DNA from: Patescibacteria group bacterium
GTDB lineage: Bacteria > Patescibacteriota > Patescibacteriia > UBA9934
Assembly (NCBI GenBank): GCA_049296775.1
Contig: JBAQTB010000003.1
Location: 336,068 to 383,515 of the forward strand
Direction: 5' to 3'
DNA: 47,448 bases
A program made the position numbers and the translations under genes. Each line of letters opens with the position of its first letter. Within the stretch, counting starts at the first letter, position 1. The notes beneath the pieces are model-generated. The model worked only from the letters and a program-made list of their open reading frames with translations. It had not been told where the DNA came from and made no database searches. This document shows, piece by piece, positions 1-9,553 of the stretch.

Positions 1-168
1 CCACATGACATCCTCGCCAGTGAGAATGGCACGCGGCCGCGTGTTTGGCATCACAACAGCTCGACTGGCGTAACGCATTGTGAACGGCAATACCGCCCTC
101 AAGAGATCGCCGGTTCTAACATGCATATGCATGTCATCAAACCGACGCAGCGTCAAAATCTGAGTCAT
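1..168 (-). CDS. pyrC: dihydroorotase, N-terminal 56 codons (gene runs off the left edge)
   Basis: Not in the ORF track. The minus-strand ATG at 168-166 lies 4 nt after the pyrD-like stop. Translation: MTQILTLRRFDDMHMHVRTGDLLRAVLPFTMRYASRAVVMPNTRPRAILTGEDVMW. The DDxHxHxR (HxH metal ligands) and VVMPN motifs match the N-terminus of E. coli-type dihydroorotase (RRPDDWHLHLRDG...IVMPNL). Confidence 0.6.
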   Translation of the reverse strand, partial: MTQILTLRRFDDMHMHVRTGDLLRAVLPFTMRYASRAVVMPNTRPRAILTGEDVMW

Positions 169-171
169 GAT

Positions 172-1119
172 CTACCTCCACTGCAACTGGTTAGCGTGAT
201 CGATAATTCCACTCACCCGCCACGGCCGCAAGACTGCAACCGAACCCAAGAAGATGGAAGAAGCTCCGGCCTCGTGATAACGATCAACGTCCTCACGGCA
301 GAGAATACCGCCACCACCGTTAATTGGTTTGGTGAAGCCCGCCTCTCGCAAGCGCCCAATCCATGCACACACGAGCGGACACAAAACTTTACCGGACAAA
401 CCCCCACCCCCCAACTTTGCAAGCGGAGAAGTCTTGCTCCCCCAGGCTTTTTGCCAATCAACACCCTGCCAGCCAAACGGCAAAGTGTTAGACACGCAAA
501 TAGCATCACAACCCGGATGAGCCTCAAGTTCCATCACGGCCTCAATCGGAGCCGATGCGATGCTGTATTTAGGCATAACCGGAACGCCCAGTGAAGCCGC
601 AATCTCAAGCACCTGTGTCGACTCACGCATAAGTTCACGTGGATCGTGTCTCGTGTTAGGACAGGATAAGTTAATCTGCAAACCAAACGGTGCAGAAAAA
701 TCGTCCTTCACAAAGCTGATCATCTCTACCATCAGACGCAGTTCATCGAACCGTTTCTGAGGCGTATTAGCCAGTGACATAATCGAGAGCCAGAGCGGCT
801 GCTCTCGTTCCTGCCACTTGCCGGTGCCAAACAGGGCGCCGATACCGGGATTGCTCAAACCAACCGAATTCAGCATTACGCCGCGCACTGGTTTGGCCTG
901 AACGCATCCAGGCAACGGGTCACGCGGCGTATAGTCTCTGGTCAGCGGCATGTTCCCCGCACGAGGCAACAGCGTCGCCGTCTTGGCGACAAACGTCATC
1001 TTCTCAAAGTCCAGGCCTAACGAATGCCAAGGCCGATGGAACCAGTAACCCTCGCCAAAGAACCCTTGCACGCCCGAACCACCTAGCACATTGCCAAAAT
1101 CAATACCGCGTAATTTCAT
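172..1119 (-). CDS. pyrD: dihydroorotate dehydrogenase family protein (class 1-like)
   Basis: Motifs LSNPGI, INLSCPN (class-1 catalytic Cys context) and a C-terminal GGGGI flavin-binding loop. The second ATG (1119, MKLRGIDFGN) is preferred because GGAGGA lies 8 nt upstream; the track start at 1134 contains that Shine-Dalgarno sequence. Confidence 0.7.
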   Translation of the reverse strand: MKLRGIDFGNVLGGSGVQGFFGEGYWFHRPWHSLGLDFEKMTFVAKTATLLPRAGNMPLTRDYTPRDPLPGCVQAKPVRGVMLNSVGLSNPGIGALFGTGKWQEREQPLWLSIMSLANTPQKRFDELRLMVEMISFVKDDFSAPFGLQINLSCPNTRHDPRELMRESTQVLEIAASLGVPVMPKYSIASAPIEAVMELEAHPGCDAICVSNTLPFGWQGVDWQKAWGSKTSPLAKLGGGGLSGKVLCPLVCAWIGRLREAGFTKPINGGGGILCREDVDRYHEAGASSIFLGSVAVLRPWRVSGIIDHANQLQWR

Positions 1120-1164
1120 GGTCAATTCCTCCATTCAATTGTCTAAGAACAGTTTCCGCCCGCA

Positions 1165-1193
1165 AGATTAACAGGACTATCAATAAAATTCAA
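1165..1193 (-). promoter_or_regulatory. candidate sigma70-type promoter for pyrD-pyrC
   Basis: Minus strand reads TTGAAT - 17 nt - TAATCT, about 45 nt upstream of the pyrD-like ATG. By eye only. Confidence 0.35.
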
Positions 1194-1264
1194 CGTTTTA
1201 AAGCCCTAAGAATTACTAAAAACAAAAACCTCAACAATCATGCCGAGATTCCTGCGAAGCTCGT

Positions 1265-1696
1265 TTAAGAGTTTTTGTTGTCTTCTGCTAAGGTTTGTTC
1301 GAGGGCGATGTGTTCGTTGGTGAGGAAAGTGACTTGGAGTTTAGATAAGCCTTCCCCGCTTTTCAAAATGGCCGCGACTTTATCCCGATATTCTTTCAGA
1401 GTCGCCAAATCGACTTCACTGTCTTTGGTACAAGAGAAAACTGAGATCAATACCTGCATGCCGCCAGGTTCAACCGTGACCATGCCGTTACGCACAAAGT
1501 ATTTGGCTTGGTGCGAACCAGTGTCAATCACCACCAAACTAGCGGTAATCGACCCTACCAAGGCCACGTGACCAGGCATAACTTGAATCATGCCGTCGTT
1601 GGTTTTAAGCGTCACAACACTAGCCTGTTCATCAAAGTGCTCTTCATCCGGAGTCTGAATGCGCACGCGCAATGTTTGTAAGGCCTTTTCAACCAT
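1265..1696 (-). CDS. atpC: F1 ATP synthase epsilon subunit
   Basis: 143 aa, last gene of the atp operon directly after beta. The N-terminal beta-sandwich region (LRVRIQTPDEEHFDEQASVVTLKTNDGMIQVMPGHVALVG) is typical of epsilon. Confidence 0.85.
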   Translation of the reverse strand: MVEKALQTLRVRIQTPDEEHFDEQASVVTLKTNDGMIQVMPGHVALVGSITASLVVIDTGSHQAKYFVRNGMVTVEPGGMQVLISVFSCTKDSEVDLATLKEYRDKVAAILKSGEGLSKLQVTFLTNEHIALEQTLAEDNKNS

Positions 1697-1701
1697 AAAG
1701 C

Positions 1702-4012
<2,311 letters not shown>

Positions 4013-4015
4013 GAA

Positions 4016-5524
4016 TTAAGCCTGAACAAATGCGGTTACAGCCTCTTCTAGGCCTTTCTGAACTTCATCACTCATCTCACGTTTAGTTTCAATCAAGGTC
4101 ACCAAATCTGCTCTGGAAGCCTCAACCTTCGTAAGTAATGATGCGATCGCAGTTACAACATCGCCCACGGGAACTTTATCCAAGTGACCTTTGGTGGCGG
4201 CGTACAAAATTACCACTTCCTGCCACAACTTATACGGAGAGTTTTGCTTCTGTTTCATCGCCTCAACTACGCGCTCACCCCGAGTAAGTTGTTGCTTGGT
4301 AGCTGGATCTAGCTCGCTACTAAACTGAGTGAAGGCGGCTAGCTCATAGAACTGCGCCAAATCTAGCTTAGCACTACCCGAAGCCTTTTTCATGACTTTA
4401 GTTTGTGCTGAGCCACCTACACGAGACACGGAGATACCAATGTTGATAGCTGGACGAATACCGCGGTTAAACAGATCTGTCTCCAAGAAAATCTGACCAT
4501 CCGTAATTGAAATTACATTGGTAGGAATATACGCCGACACGTCATTGGCCTGTGTTTCTACAATTGGCAATGCGGTCATGGAACCACCGCCATACTTCTC
4601 GCTCAATTTAGCTGAACGTTCCAACAACCTAGAGTGCAAATAAAACACGTCACCCGGATACGCTTCACGACCCGGTGGACGACGCAACAGCAAAGACATT
4701 TCACGGTAAGCCACCGCGTGCTTTGACAAATCATCATACACAATCAAGGCGTGCTGGCCCTTGTTCATGAAATACTCACCAATGGCAGCACCGGCATACG
4801 GAGCCAAGTACTGCATAACTGCTGGTGAAGCGGCACCGGCAGACACCACCACGGTGTAATCCAAAGCGCCGTGCTCTTTTAAGGCGCGTACTACGTTAGC
4901 GGTCTTAGCTTCACGTTGACCAATGGCTACGTAAATACACATCACGTTCTTACCTTTCTGATTGAGAATGGCATCAATAGCTACAGCAGTTTTACCGGTC
5001 TGACGATCACCAATAATCAACTCACGCTGACCACGGCCCACTGGAATCATGGAGTCAATCGCCAAAATACCCGTCTCCATTGGCTCACTCACCGGCTCGC
5101 GCGTCATTACGCCTGGAGCAATACGTTCAAGCGGCATGAAATCACCACCCTTAATGGCAGCACCGCCGTCAATTGGTAAACCAAGCGCGTCTACAACTCT
5201 ACCAATGAGTTGCTCACTAGCGGCTAGGCCCAGGAATTTGCCACCGGCTGTGACCGCCTGACCTTCCTTCACTTCAGCACCATTAGTTAATAAAATAGCG
5301 TAGGCGTTCCGTCGGTCTAGCTGCATGACTAAAGCTTCAGCATTCACACCCTCAACTTTGACGACCTCGCCCATGCGAACACCGTCCAAGCCGTAAATAT
5401 GCAAAATACCGTCCTTAACAGAACGGATTACGCCTGCCGCCGCGCCTTTGGATTTTTCTGCATCCACCTGCGCAATGGCAGTATCAATCCGAGAGAATAA
5501 TTCTTGAAATGTTGTTTTGTCCAT
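4016..5524 (-). CDS. atpA: F1 ATP synthase alpha subunit
   Basis: Walker A GDRQTGKTA, plus YDDLSKHAVAYREMSLLLRRPPGREAYPGDVFYLHSRLLER. Confidence 0.95.
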   Translation of the reverse strand: MDKTTFQELFSRIDTAIAQVDAEKSKGAAAGVIRSVKDGILHIYGLDGVRMGEVVKVEGVNAEALVMQLDRRNAYAILLTNGAEVKEGQAVTAGGKFLGLAASEQLIGRVVDALGLPIDGGAAIKGGDFMPLERIAPGVMTREPVSEPMETGILAIDSMIPVGRGQRELIIGDRQTGKTAVAIDAILNQKGKNVMCIYVAIGQREAKTANVVRALKEHGALDYTVVVSAGAASPAVMQYLAPYAGAAIGEYFMNKGQHALIVYDDLSKHAVAYREMSLLLRRPPGREAYPGDVFYLHSRLLERSAKLSEKYGGGSMTALPIVETQANDVSAYIPTNVISITDGQIFLETDLFNRGIRPAINIGISVSRVGGSAQTKVMKKASGSAKLDLAQFYELAAFTQFSSELDPATKQQLTRGERVVEAMKQKQNSPYKLWQEVVILYAATKGHLDKVPVGDVVTAIASLLTKVEASRADLVTLIETKREMSDEVQKGLEEAVTAFVQA

Positions 5525-5534
5525 ACTGTGGTTA

Positions 5535-6221
5535 TCAGGAGAAAAGTCGATTCAGAGTTGCGCGCCAAGAAACATCTATCAGCTCACCGTTGTGGAATAA
5601 TCTACCGCCCCCCAGTAAGCCACGCTGCACAGTCACTTGTACGAGCGCACCCTGTAAACTCTTAGCAAGTGCTTGTTTTAATTTCAGCTCCTCAGCAACT
5701 GGTAACGCTGTTGCGACTTGCATCTCTGCCGCTCGTTCACCAGTTTTAGCGCTCATGAAATCGGCCGCTTCCCGGTACAGAACCCGACACAATTGCGGCG
5801 TAGACGCGTCATCAGCCGCAAAGACTCTAGCCGTATACGCTCCCAACACGCCAGAGACACCCGCGCAGAAAGTTCCAGGCGCTAGACTAGGCGTCACTTC
5901 TTTCAGAAACATTTCAAAGGCGTGTAATAATCCGCTCTCTGACGTGGCCGTGGCTGCTTGAGCTTCATGAATCTGAGCTTCACGCGCAACTAGACTCAGT
6001 AACGGCTTACCACTCGCTATGAAGGCCGCCGCTTCAATCAAGTCTGCATACGCCTGCGTAGCTGGGATGTTCAACAAGTAAGCTTGCAAAGCTTCTGGAT
6101 ATGACTTGAGCTGAGTGGCTAAAATCGACCCCCTATCTTTAGACGGTTGCTCGAAAAAATCCGTCTCTCTGTGCAAGGCCAGAGCATCACTAACTACCGC
6201 GGCGTAAAGATCAGTCAACAT
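5535..6221 (-). CDS. atpH: F1 ATP synthase delta (OSCP) subunit, long form
   Basis: Lies between the b and alpha genes. The C-terminus VQRGLLGGGRLFHNGELIDVSWRATLNRL matches the delta C-terminal signature. At 228 aa it is longer than the usual ~180 aa, and the N-terminal half is not recognisable. Confidence 0.65.
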   Translation of the reverse strand: MLTDLYAAVVSDALALHRETDFFEQPSKDRGSILATQLKSYPEALQAYLLNIPATQAYADLIEAAAFIASGKPLLSLVAREAQIHEAQAATATSESGLLHAFEMFLKEVTPSLAPGTFCAGVSGVLGAYTARVFAADDASTPQLCRVLYREAADFMSAKTGERAAEMQVATALPVAEELKLKQALAKSLQGALVQVTVQRGLLGGGRLFHNGELIDVSWRATLNRLFS

Positions 6222-6224
6222 AGC

Positions 6225-6725
6225 TTAAAGCTTAGCTGTGTCTTTCCAGACGGCACGTACGCTAGCCTCAACAGCCTCGGCAGGGACATGATCACTAAGC
6301 ACAGCAACGACAACTTTTTTCATAGTGCTCAGCATCTCCGCCTCTAACTCATGCTTAACAGACTGCTTCATAGCCTCAATCTGCTCAGCAGTTTCCTGCA
6401 AGAGTTTAGCCTTATGCGCCTCAGCATCTGCCAACAATTGCTCAGCCTTAGCGTTGGCAGCTAATTTTGCTTCTGCAATCTCTTTTTCCAGTCTAGCGAC
6501 CTGAGCAGCTGTTTCTGCCTTTTGCTTAACAGCCTCTTGCTCAAAATCATGGCGCAACTGTTCTGCAGCTGAAACGTTATCCGCGATAAACTTTTGGCGC
6601 TCATCAACTACTTTTAAGAGTGGCTTGTACAAAAATTTTGCCAAGACTAATAAGAGTACGCCGAAGTTAATCGCATACAGCAACACTCCCCACCAATCGA
6701 TTCCAATTTTTGCCAAGACGTCCAT
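6225..6725 (-). CDS. atpF: Fo ATP synthase subunit b
   Basis: One N-terminal TM helix followed by a long charged Ala/Glu/Lys-rich helix; lies between c and delta. Confidence 0.8.
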   Translation of the reverse strand: MDVLAKIGIDWWGVLLYAINFGVLLLVLAKFLYKPLLKVVDERQKFIADNVSAAEQLRHDFEQEAVKQKAETAAQVARLEKEIAEAKLAANAKAEQLLADAEAHKAKLLQETAEQIEAMKQSVKHELEAEMLSTMKKVVVAVLSDHVPAEAVEASVRAVWKDTAKL

Positions 6726-6747
6726 ACTAATCAGCCACGCGGCGCAA

Positions 6748-6978
6748 TTAGACTACGAAGAGTAAAATCAAAGACACCACCAAAGCGTAAATACCGGTTG
6801 ATTCACAGATAGCCATGGCGACGATCATGTTTGGGATCAACTTATCCGCCACAGCTGGATTGCGACCAATAGCTTCCATGGTCTTAGAAGCTACCATACC
6901 TTCACCGAGAGCAGGACCGATAGCACCCAAGCCCATACACAAACCTGCAGCTAACATCTTCATTGCAATTGGATCCAT
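6748..6978 (-). CDS. atpE: Fo ATP synthase subunit c
   Basis: 76-aa helical hairpin with GLGAIGPALGEG in helix 1 and AICESTGIYALV in helix 2; lies between a and b. Confidence 0.9.
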   Translation of the reverse strand: MDPIAMKMLAAGLCMGLGAIGPALGEGMVASKTMEAIGRNPAVADKLIPNMIVAMAICESTGIYALVVSLILLFVV

Positions 6979-7018
6979 ACATTTATACTAAGTATTTTAT
7001 TTAAGCCCTCCGTATTTG

Positions 7019-7813
7019 TCAGGCAGTTGCCTCCACCACCGCTTGCCGGTGCGCTTTCGCGGAGGCTACTGAGCCTGCTACGAACTGCATCGTCAAGAGC
7101 ATGAAGACAAAAGCTTGAACAAATCCAGAGAAAATGCCGAGCGCCAAGAACGGAATCGGTACCAAGAAAGAAGTGTAAACCGACAAAGACACGATCACCG
7201 CCACCATTACGTTACCCGCAAACATATTGCCAAACAAACGACACGCGAGTGAAATAACCTTAGAAAATTCACCGATGATGTCCATGAAGCCCAGAGCAAA
7301 TCCGATACAAGCGTTGAGAAAGTCCATCAAGCTCTTGACCTTCAAAAATGGTGCTACGCGAATGAAACTTCCAATATGTCCGAGAGGAGAGATCGATAAG
7401 GCGAGCACATGAGCTAAGACCACCATGATCAGAGCCAAAGCAATCGTGCCACTCAAATCAGATGTCGGCATTCTGAGCGCTAACGTGCCGTCGTAAGTAA
7501 TCGAAGTAATTAAGGGGACTAAAGTAAATTGGTTAGCAAGGACAATAAAGATCAAAGTCGTGGCAAACAAAGGTAAAAACTTACGCGCCTCCTGCTTATC
7601 CCCAAAAGCGACTTCTAATTGATTGGAAACAAATCCCAGTAACGCCTCACATGCCACCTGTAACCTGCCAGGTACACGTGTAAAACGCTTGGAGACCAGG
7701 AGTGCAAAGATAGCTAAGCCTAAGGAAATCAAACCAGCGTTCAAAACACCATCAGAGATTGGCACCGGACCAATGTGGAAAAGAGTCGTAGCTGGAACTG
7801 TAATATTGAGCAT
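7019..7813 (-). CDS. atpB: Fo ATP synthase subunit a
   Basis: Polytopic protein with the conserved Arg helix LACRLFGNMFAGNVM. Confidence 0.9.
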   Translation of the reverse strand: MLNITVPATTLFHIGPVPISDGVLNAGLISLGLAIFALLVSKRFTRVPGRLQVACEALLGFVSNQLEVAFGDKQEARKFLPLFATTLIFIVLANQFTLVPLITSITYDGTLALRMPTSDLSGTIALALIMVVLAHVLALSISPLGHIGSFIRVAPFLKVKSLMDFLNACIGFALGFMDIIGEFSKVISLACRLFGNMFAGNVMVAVIVSLSVYTSFLVPIPFLALGIFSGFVQAFVFMLLTMQFVAGSVASAKAHRQAVVEATA

Positions 7814-7818
7814 ATAAC

Positions 7819-8016
7819 CTAAGCTCTAAAGAACCTGTACAAAGCCGTCTGAACGACTGGAAAAGATACAACTAGACCAACGATCAAAAAGGCTGGAGTG
7901 GTCTGGAGAGCTGCATCGAGTAACCAGCCGCCACCGCCAAATACCGCCACACCCAATAACGTAATCCCAAAAATCTGGAGGCGATGTTTTAGAATTGTGG
8001 TGCGGTTAAGTCCCAT
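7819..8016 (-). CDS. AtpZ/AtpI-like small membrane protein
   Basis: 65 aa, two predicted TM helices, first gene of the atp operon. The call is positional plus topological only. Confidence 0.5.
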   Translation of the reverse strand: MGLNRTTILKHRLQIFGITLLGVAVFGGGGWLLDAALQTTPAFLIVGLVVSFPVVQTALYRFFRA

Positions 8017-8036
8017 AGCATTAAAAAGACGGGTAG

Positions 8037-8065
8037 ATGATACAGCTAGGCCAAATAAAAGGCAA
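8037..8065 (-). promoter_or_regulatory. candidate promoter of the atp operon
   Basis: Minus strand reads TTGCCT - 17 nt - TATCAT, about 20 nt upstream of the 8016 ATG. Confidence 0.4.
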
Positions 8066-8090
8066 GATTGGCAAAAGCGAGACTTTTACC

Positions 8091-8119
8091 TTGACAAACT
8101 GCTATTTTTTGGTTATTGT
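8091..8119 (+). promoter_or_regulatory. candidate promoter of the lipoprotein gene
   Basis: TTGACA (8091-8096) - 17 nt - TATTGT (8114-8119), divergent from the atp promoter. An 8-bp hairpin (tgcccatc/gatgggca, ~8149-8184) sits in the 5' UTR, and GGAGAG lies just before the ATG. Confidence 0.45.
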
Positions 8120-8206
8120 GCTACATTACCAGTGTGAGTTATCCATCTCTGCCCATCAACAGTTGGTGAGTACAGATGGGCAACCCGCCCAATTACAGGA
8201 GAGAGC

Positions 8207-8899
8207 ATGTTTATTCTACTGGTTCTCGGCGGCCTCATGGGCTGTGTCGATTACCATTTGCAAGAAGGTACGGATCCACTCGTGGATACTGGCCTCGATG
8301 AAACTGAACCCGTGGTGTCGACCGACACTAACTGCGAGTTCATCACAAATGAGGGCGAAACTTCGGCCATGCCGATCTTCAGCCTCATCGGCAGCGACGA
8401 TTTCGAACTCCAGGCCGGCAAGAGCCTGGTACTCGAAGTCGATGTTGTCAGCAGCGATAGCTGCGGTGACATCAAGCTCAGTTTGCTCGGGTTCACCGTT
8501 CTCGATCCCCGCCCGGGCAGTCGAGAATGGATGAACCGCATCAGCCAGCGCGGGATTCCCGCTGAGCTGGTAGATGCCTACGACTACTCGGCATTCCCGC
8601 CGACAGTCGCAAATGGTGTCGCTACCACCGCTGATGGCAACACGCTCCGTTACGTCTGGCACGATGGCCAGGCGGACTGGAGCCCAGCTCAACCCGCCGA
8701 CAACATGTCGCCGGAGCTGATCGAGGCCGACAGCGGCAAGACCTACGGCTTCGTGTGGCCCGCCACGGCCTACACGCCAGCCAAGACCATTCTCGAGGTT
8801 TCACTCTCTGAAGTCTGCTGGGAGGACATCGCCACTGGCGTGTCTGTCTGCACAGACCAGGGCCTCGACGTTACGGCCACGGTACGCATCATCAGATGA
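8207..8899 (+). CDS. hypothetical acidic protein with lipoprotein-type signal
   Basis: N-terminus MFILLVLGGLMGC (lipobox-like LMGC, but no basic n-region). It has its own promoter, a Shine-Dalgarno sequence and a terminator. It is much more GC-rich than the neighbouring genes. No recognisable domain. Confidence 0.6.
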   Translation: MFILLVLGGLMGCVDYHLQEGTDPLVDTGLDETEPVVSTDTNCEFITNEGETSAMPIFSLIGSDDFELQAGKSLVLEVDVVSSDSCGDIKLSLLGFTVLDPRPGSREWMNRISQRGIPAELVDAYDYSAFPPTVANGVATTADGNTLRYVWHDGQADWSPAQPADNMSPELIEADSGKTYGFVWPATAYTPAKTILEVSLSEVCWEDIATGVSVCTDQGLDVTATVRIIR

Positions 8900-8920
8900 T
8901 CCGTCCCGTGCCCCCACCTT

Positions 8921-8958
8921 CCGAGCAGTCGAACCCACGGTTCCTGCTCGGTTTTTTT
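8921..8958 (+). terminator. intrinsic terminator
   Basis: ccgagcag (8921-8928) pairs with ctgctcgg (8944-8951), followed by T7 (8952-8958). Confidence 0.7.
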
Positions 8959-8964
8959 ATATAA

Positions 8965-8996
8965 CGAAAAACATCGCTGTTATGCGATGTTTTTCG
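8965..8996. terminator. bidirectional intrinsic terminator (ends the tRNA transcript on the minus strand)
   Basis: Perfect 13-nt inverted repeat cgaaaaacatcgc/gcgatgtttttcg with a 6-nt loop, i.e. A5-stem-T5. On the minus strand it begins 1 nt after the CCA of tRNA-Thr. Confidence 0.65.
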
Positions 8997-8997
8997 A

Positions 8998-9073
8998 TGG
9001 AGCCACGGTCGGGGCTTGAACCCGAGACCTCATCCTTACCATGGATGCGCTCTACCAACTGAGCTACCGCGGC
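8998..9073 (-). tRNA. tRNA-Thr (anticodon GGU), CCA encoded
   Basis: Hand-folded cloverleaf: GCCGCGG TA GCTC AGTTGGTA GAGC G CATCC ATGGTAA GGATG AGGTC TCGGG TTCAAGC CCCGA CCGTGGC T CCA. It has a 7-bp acceptor stem (one G-U), U33 and A37. Confidence 0.9.
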
Positions 9074-9337
9074 GTATCGGCCTGTTTAAATCCTCCATCT
9101 TCGTCGTCGTTCGCTCCGTCGGACTCACCGTAGGATTTACCTACGCCTCGTCCTTACTCGCTCACTCCTAGAACCTGAAGGATTTAAACAGGCCTCTTTG
9201 TCAACCATTACCGTGAGGGTGAATGGTGCCTGTCCTCTGCGTAGGCGAAGGATCGGACTCGTTCGGGACATTCTCCTCCCTGCGTTGGGTCACGGTCAAT
9301 CACGGTGGAACACCATGAGCGAACGCAGTGAGTCGAA
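9074..9337 (-). other. 264-nt transcribed spacer between tRNA-Tyr and tRNA-Thr; candidate structured RNA of unknown class
   Basis: It lies inside a unit bounded by a promoter upstream of tRNA-Tyr and a terminator after tRNA-Thr. It is GC-rich, purine-rich on the transcribed strand, and has several long complementary segments (see findings). I could not fold any cloverleaf in it. Confidence 0.4.
9079..9194. repeat. 16-bp perfect inverted repeat flanking 84 nt
   Basis: ggcctgtttaaatcct (9079-9094) and aggatttaaacaggcc (9179-9194). An inner hairpin cgtagg/cctacg lies at 9129-9145. Confidence 0.9.
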
Positions 9338-9423
9338 TGGTGGGTCGAGAAGGGTTCGAACCTTCGTAGGCTTGCGCCAGCAGATTTACAGTCTGCCCCG
9401 TTTGACCGCTTCGGTATCGACCC
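9338..9423 (-). tRNA. tRNA-Tyr (anticodon GUA), class II long variable arm, CCA encoded
   Basis: Hand-folded cloverleaf: GGGTCGA TA CCG AAGCGGTCAAA CGG G GCAGA CTGTAAA TCTGC TGGCGCAAGCCTAC GAAGG TTCGAAC CCTTC TCGACCC A CCA. Confidence 0.9.
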
Positions 9424-9447
9424 GGGCTCACTAGCGTTGCGGGCTAT

Positions 9448-9476
9448 ATAATGCCGGAATCGCTCAAATTGTGCAA
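9448..9476 (-). promoter_or_regulatory. candidate promoter of the tRNA-Tyr/spacer/tRNA-Thr unit
   Basis: Minus strand reads TTGCAC - 17 nt - CATTAT (or ATTATA at 18 nt), about 20 nt upstream of the tRNA-Tyr 5' end. Confidence 0.35.
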
Positions 9477-9501
9477 GGTCTAGACCGGGGACAAACCAAG
9501 T

Positions 9502-9530
9502 TTGACAAAAGTCCCATTCTATTCTAAGAT
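9502..9530 (+). promoter_or_regulatory. candidate promoter of rpmG
   Basis: TTGACA (9502-9507) - 17 nt - TAAGAT (9525-9530), 24 nt upstream of the rpmG ATG. Confidence 0.5.
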
Positions 9531-9553
9531 TGTCTCGATTTTTATCTTACCCT

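Noticed and set aside
121-760. Plus-strand ORFs 121-594, 329-520 and 560-760, and minus-strand ORF 213-527
   Set aside because: All overlap the well-supported pyrD-like gene on the opposite strand or in another frame and have low-complexity translations.
8037-8692. ORFs 8037-8534 (+), 8216-8692 (-), 8251-8541 (-) and 8622-8804 (-) overlapping the lipoprotein gene
   Set aside because: The high GC of this islet suppresses stop codons in several frames. Only 8207-8899 has a promoter, a Shine-Dalgarno sequence, a signal peptide and a terminator.
8091-9000. Classical tRNA-integrated genomic island
   Set aside because: There is no integrase or excisionase, and I found no direct repeat of the tRNA-Thr 3' end at the distal border. 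At ~0.9 kb it is at most a remnant, so it is reported only as a compositional islet.
9205-9235. GAGGGTGAATGGTGCC resembling the RNase P RNA GGGUGAAAGGGUGC block
   Set aside because: There is no GAGGAAAGUCC (CR-I) or ACAGAA (CR-IV/V) element. The available space (264 nt) is too short, and the match would be on the non-transcribed strand.
9137-9271. 44-aa Arg-rich minus-strand ORF (MSRTSPILRLRRGQAPFTLTVMVDKEACLNPSGSRSERVRTRRR) preceded by GGGAGGAG
   Set aside because: The Shine-Dalgarno sequence is only ~3 nt from the ATG. The ORF sits inside a tRNA operon and spans the right arm of the 16-bp inverted repeat. Its composition looks like translated structured RNA. It is kept only as a remote alternative to the ncRNA reading.
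9198-9434. 78-aa plus-strand ORF across the tRNA spacer
   Set aside because: It runs antisense through the whole tRNA-Tyr gene. It starts at a non-ATG codon and its composition is Arg-rich junk.
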